Of a DNA stretch of 64,000 nt, positions 60,556 to 64,000 are shown one piece after another (the stretch's first letter is position 1; the number at the start of each line of letters is the position of its first letter). The translations under genes and the position numbers were made by a program. Source of the stretch: an uncultured bacterium (GTDB lineage: Bacteria > Desulfobacterota_D > UBA1144 > Nemesobacterales > UBA2774); NCBI GenBank assembly GCA_963825135.1, contig CAWGRW010000009.1:1216001-1280000 (forward strand). The letters run 5' to 3'. The notes under the pieces are model-generated. The model had not been told where the DNA came from and did not search any database. It was given only the letters and a program-made list of their open reading frames with translations.

Positions 60556-63500
60556 TTATCTCCTCTGAATATTCCCCTTGTGCCTGGTTCCTCCGAGCTC
60601 GAAGTTCCTCAGATTCTCAAGCAGTTTTTTCGTTTCTCCGAGAGGGTCCGGTTTCTCGAAGTGAATCTCCATTTTGCCCTGCGGAGAAAGCCCGCCGTAG
60701 AGCTTTGAGCTCTTCGAGAACACGAAGCCCGCACTCTTGTTCCTTATATCCGCTTTCTCTATGCCGAGCTTTTTCATCAAAATTTTCAGGCCGATTATCT
60801 CGATGAGGGAAGAAGCGGGCGCCGGCATTTCTCCGAATCTGTCCCGGAGCTCCCCGGTCATTTCCCTTACCCCTTCCTCCGTCGTTATGTAGGACAGTCT
60901 CTTGTAGACGAGGAGCCTCTCCGTGTCGTTCGAGATATAGTCGTCCGGGATGAACGCGGGCGTGCTCGCCGAGATATCGGGCTCCCATTCCTCATCGGCG
61001 CTATGCCCCTCGAGCCTCCTGACGGCTCCTTCAAGCATCTCCAGATAAAGCTCGAGTCCCACGTCCGCTATGTGCCCCGACTGCTCGACTCCGAAGAGCT
61101 GTCCCGCGCCCCTTATTTCGAGGTCGGAAAGCGCGAGCTTGAAACCCGAGCCGAGCTCCCTGAATTCGGAAATCGCCTTAAGCCTCCTCCTCGCGTCGAG
61201 TGTGAGCGCGGCCGTTCCCGGCACGAGGAAGTATGCGTAGGCCTTCCTCTCCGACCTCCCGACCCTTCCCCTCAGCTGGTAGAGGTCGGCGAGCCCGAAG
61301 GTGTGGGCGTCGTCGATGATTATCGTATTGGCTCTCGGTATATCGAGCCCGGACTCCACAATCGCCGTTGTGACCAATATGTCAACTTTGCCTTCTATGA
61401 AATTCGATATGGATTTCTCCAGGTCCCTCTCCCTCATCCTGCCGTGTGTGACCTCGAAGCTGGCGTCGGGAAGGAGTTTCCTGATTCTGTCCGCGACGCG
61501 GTATATATCCTCGATACGGTTGTGGATGAAAAACACGCACCCTCCGCGCGCAAGCTCCCTCGTTATGGCTTCATGGATGATCGAAGGGTCCGATTGGTGT
61601 ATATGGGTCTCTATGGTCTGCCGGCCTTCGGGAGGGGTGTTGATTAGGCTTATATCCCGTATTTTGGCGAGTGAGAGCTGGAGCGTCCTCGGTATCGGCG
61701 TGGCGCTTAGCGAAATCGTATCGACCCCCTCTTTTATCTTTCTCAGCTTTTCTTTCTGGGCCACCCCGAACCTCTGCTCTTCGTCTATTATCACGAGCCC
61801 CAGGTCCTTGAATTTGATCTTGTCGCCCAATAGCTTGTGCGTCCCGATTATTATGTCTATCCTCCCGTCCTCCAGCTTCGACCGTATGTCGCTTTCCTGT
61901 TTTCCAGTTCTGAACCTGGACAACGATTCTATGACCACGGGGTAGCCTTTAAGCCTCGCTGCGGCGGTCTTATAGTGCTGCTCCGCGAGGAGCGTGGTGG
62001 GTACGAGGAACGCGACCTGTTTTCCGTCCGTGACGGCCCTGAAGGCCGCCCTCAGCGCCACCTCGGTTTTCCCGAACCCGACGTCCCCGCAGATTAACCT
62101 GTCCATGGGCCTCGGGGCCTCCATATCGTTCATAACGTCCTCGATAGCGGCCTCCTGGTCCGGTGTCTCCTCGTAAGAGAACCCGAGCTCGAACTCCCTG
62201 AATAGCTCGCCCCTCGGCGAATAGCCGTACCCCTTGAGCGCTTTTCTTCTCGCGTAGAGCTCCAGAAGCTCCTTCGCCACGTTCTCGACCGCCGCCCTTA
62301 CCCTCCTTACACGCCTCTTCCAGCTCTCCTGCCCGAGCCTGTCGACTTTCGGGGGCTTTCCTTCGCCGATGTACCTCTGGACCAGTTTGAGCCTGTCTAT
62401 AGGCACGTAAATCTTGTCCCCCCCGGCGTATTCACACTGTATGAAATCTCCCTCCGCTTCCCCGATCCTGAGCCTCTTCAGGCTCCTGAATATTCCGATT
62501 CCGAAGTCCACGTGTACTATGTAATCCCCGGGCTTGAGCTCGCTGAACGAGGTGATGAAGGCCGACGGGACATCCGTGCCTCTTCTGCGCGGTCCTCTCT
62601 CCTTCTTCTCCCCGAATACGTCCCCCTCGGTTATGATTTCGATTTTCGCTTCAGCCAGCCTGAAACCGTGGGACAGCTCGCCGGTGTAAGCGTTGATCTT
62701 GGTTACTCCCCTGTCTCTTAAGAGGACGAGCAATTTTTCGAGTTCCATCTGCGTCCTGAAAACGAACTGGAGCGTGTAGCCCGTTCGCCGCGCTTCATAA
62801 ATGCGTTCGCCTATGGCGTCGAGCGGGGAGTCGGATTCCTTCTTTACCTCGATCGATGCGGGCTTCCCGCTGAAACTGATCGTTTCCTTTTTATCGCCTG
62901 TTAAGTCCAGGTCGTATATGAGAATGTTCCGGAATTTTTCCGTTTCTTTCCTGACCTCGTCCTCTGTGAAGAAGAGTTCATCCATGCCGGGTGCGATCTT
63001 GAGGTTCTTTGCCAGAAAGTTCTTCGTCATGCCGAGTGACTCCCCTGACCTGTGAACGGCCTTCACATTGTCCTCCGGGTCGTCCGTAATGATCAGCGCG
63101 TCCCGAGAGAGGTATTCGAGCACCGAGCCGGGCTCGGGGTAAAATGCCGGGAGCAGCCACTCGATGTTCTGGACCCTCTTCCCCTTCTCGATTTCCCCGA
63201 TCAGCGGGAGCTTCTCCCTTGCGGTGACCCCGCTTTCGCCGGCCCTGTTTTTAAGGTATTCAACGGCCCCGGCAAGCGACTCCGCGTCCAGTATAACTTC
63301 AGAGGCGGGCAGGATCGAAGCCCGCTCTATCTTGTCCGAGGACTTCTGCGTGTCGAGGCTGAAATGCCTGATCGAGCCTATTTCGTCCCCGATAAATTCG
63401 AGCCTCAAAGGGTCGTCGCTACCCGGAGAAAAGATATCCACAATCGAGCCTCTTCTGCTTAAGTCCCCTTCGTTCTCGACGAAATCGGTGAGCACATAGC

Positions 63501-63927
63501 CCGATTTCAAGAGTCGCGATATGAGTTCGTCCCTGTATAGCACGCTTCCCTTCTCGACCCGGACGACCGCGTCCATGAAGGCTCTTTTAGGGATAGTCTT
63601 ATCGAAGAGGGCCGAAGTCTCGGCTATCAGCACGTCTCCGTTAATTGCGGAATTGAGCCAGGCCGTACGCTCGGAGCCCGACCTCGTCGCTGACGAGGAG
63701 AATATGGGCCTTCCCGTTCCTATCTCTTTATTTAAAAGGACCGGGGGTTTTTTGCCCAGAAAAAAAGACAGGTCGTGAGCGGCGGATTCCGCCCTTTTAG
63801 CCGTCGGGGATATTAGAAGAAGAGGTCTTTGAATAGCCTCCCTGAGCGCGCCGAGAAGAAAGAATTTCGATGACCCCCCGAGGCCCGAGAGCGTAATCGT
63901 CCTCTCTCCCGCCTCGATCTTCCTCAA
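60556..63927 (-). CDS. mfd: Transcription-repair coupling factor (frame stays open to the window edge; true start may be upstream)
   Basis: CarD-like VHVDFGIG, CGDVGFGKTEV, DEEQRFGV, SATPIPRT, QLRGRVGR and TRCF domain. Confidence 0.96.
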   Translation of the reverse strand: MRKIEAGERTITLSGLGGSSKFFLLGALREAIQRPLLLISPTAKRAESAAHDLSFFLGKKPPVLLNKEIGTGRPIFSSSATRSGSERTAWLNSAINGDVLIAETSALFDKTIPKRAFMDAVVRVEKGSVLYRDELISRLLKSGYVLTDFVENEGDLSRRGSIVDIFSPGSDDPLRLEFIGDEIGSIRHFSLDTQKSSDKIERASILPASEVILDAESLAGAVEYLKNRAGESGVTAREKLPLIGEIEKGKRVQNIEWLLPAFYPEPGSVLEYLSRDALIITDDPEDNVKAVHRSGESLGMTKNFLAKNLKIAPGMDELFFTEDEVRKETEKFRNILIYDLDLTGDKKETISFSGKPASIEVKKESDSPLDAIGERIYEARRTGYTLQFVFRTQMELEKLLVLLRDRGVTKINAYTGELSHGFRLAEAKIEIITEGDVFGEKKERGPRRRGTDVPSAFITSFSELKPGDYIVHVDFGIGIFRSLKRLRIGEAEGDFIQCEYAGGDKIYVPIDRLKLVQRYIGEGKPPKVDRLGQESWKRRVRRVRAAVENVAKELLELYARRKALKGYGYSPRGELFREFELGFSYEETPDQEAAIEDVMNDMEAPRPMDRLICGDVGFGKTEVALRAAFRAVTDGKQVAFLVPTTLLAEQHYKTAAARLKGYPVVIESLSRFRTGKQESDIRSKLEDGRIDIIIGTHKLLGDKIKFKDLGLVIIDEEQRFGVAQKEKLRKIKEGVDTISLSATPIPRTLQLSLAKIRDISLINTPPEGRQTIETHIHQSDPSIIHEAITRELARGGCVFFIHNRIEDIYRVADRIRKLLPDASFEVTHGRMRERDLEKSISNFIEGKVDILVTTAIVESGLDIPRANTIIIDDAHTFGLADLYQLRGRVGRSERKAYAYFLVPGTAALTLDARRRLKAISEFRELGSGFKLALSDLEIRGAGQLFGVEQSGHIADVGLELYLEMLEGAVRRLEGHSADEEWEPDISASTPAFIPDDYISNDTERLLVYKRLSYITTEEGVREMTGELRDRFGEMPAPASSLIEIIGLKILMKKLGIEKADIRNKSAGFVFSKSSKLYGGLSPQGKMEIHFEKPDPLGETKKLLENLRNFELGGTRHKGNIQRR

Positions 63928-64000
63928 GAGGTTCCTGAACTTCCCGCTGGCCCCCAGGGTTTTATATGCACTTACATAATTAAAACGCGGCTTGTCTTTC

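Overview
Bacterial chromosomal segment, mostly housekeeping, from a Deltaproteobacteria/Desulfobacterota-like organism (protein style resembles Candidatus Dadabacteria; the taxonomy is inference). It carries leuS (partial), thiE, thrC, an acylphosphatase-MBL hydrolase-ftsB-like-GAF/GGDEF cluster, rsmA, a three-subunit acyl-CoA carboxylase, coaE, hbd, gltX, lipoprotein-mlaE, pncB, two nitrilases, an LLM oxidoreductase, rpmH-rnpA-yidD-yidC-jag, tadA, two tandem CaiC-like CoA ligases, trpEG, a phosphomannomutase, a ThDP lyase-like enzyme, lepA, a large hybrid histidine kinase, lemA-DUF2207, tsaC-DUF1015, groESL, nurA plus a stand-alone HAS-barrel gene, a HAD hydrolase, a BtrH-like gene, hsp20, a cupin, two PPIases and mfd. 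I saw no tRNA, rRNA, CRISPR array, prophage or IS. Most notable non-obvious signals: a c-di-GMP-I (GEMM) riboswitch ahead of an orphan membrane-anchored gene; a structured sRNA candidate with an anti-SD CCUCC segment and strong terminator (57.16-57.32 kb); a HerA-less NurA/HAS-barrel pair; a tsaC with no canonical start codon next to a strongly purine/ATA-biased groEL; and many leaderless-type promoters. Several single-base homopolymer indels (leuS, tadA and others) look like assembly errors.
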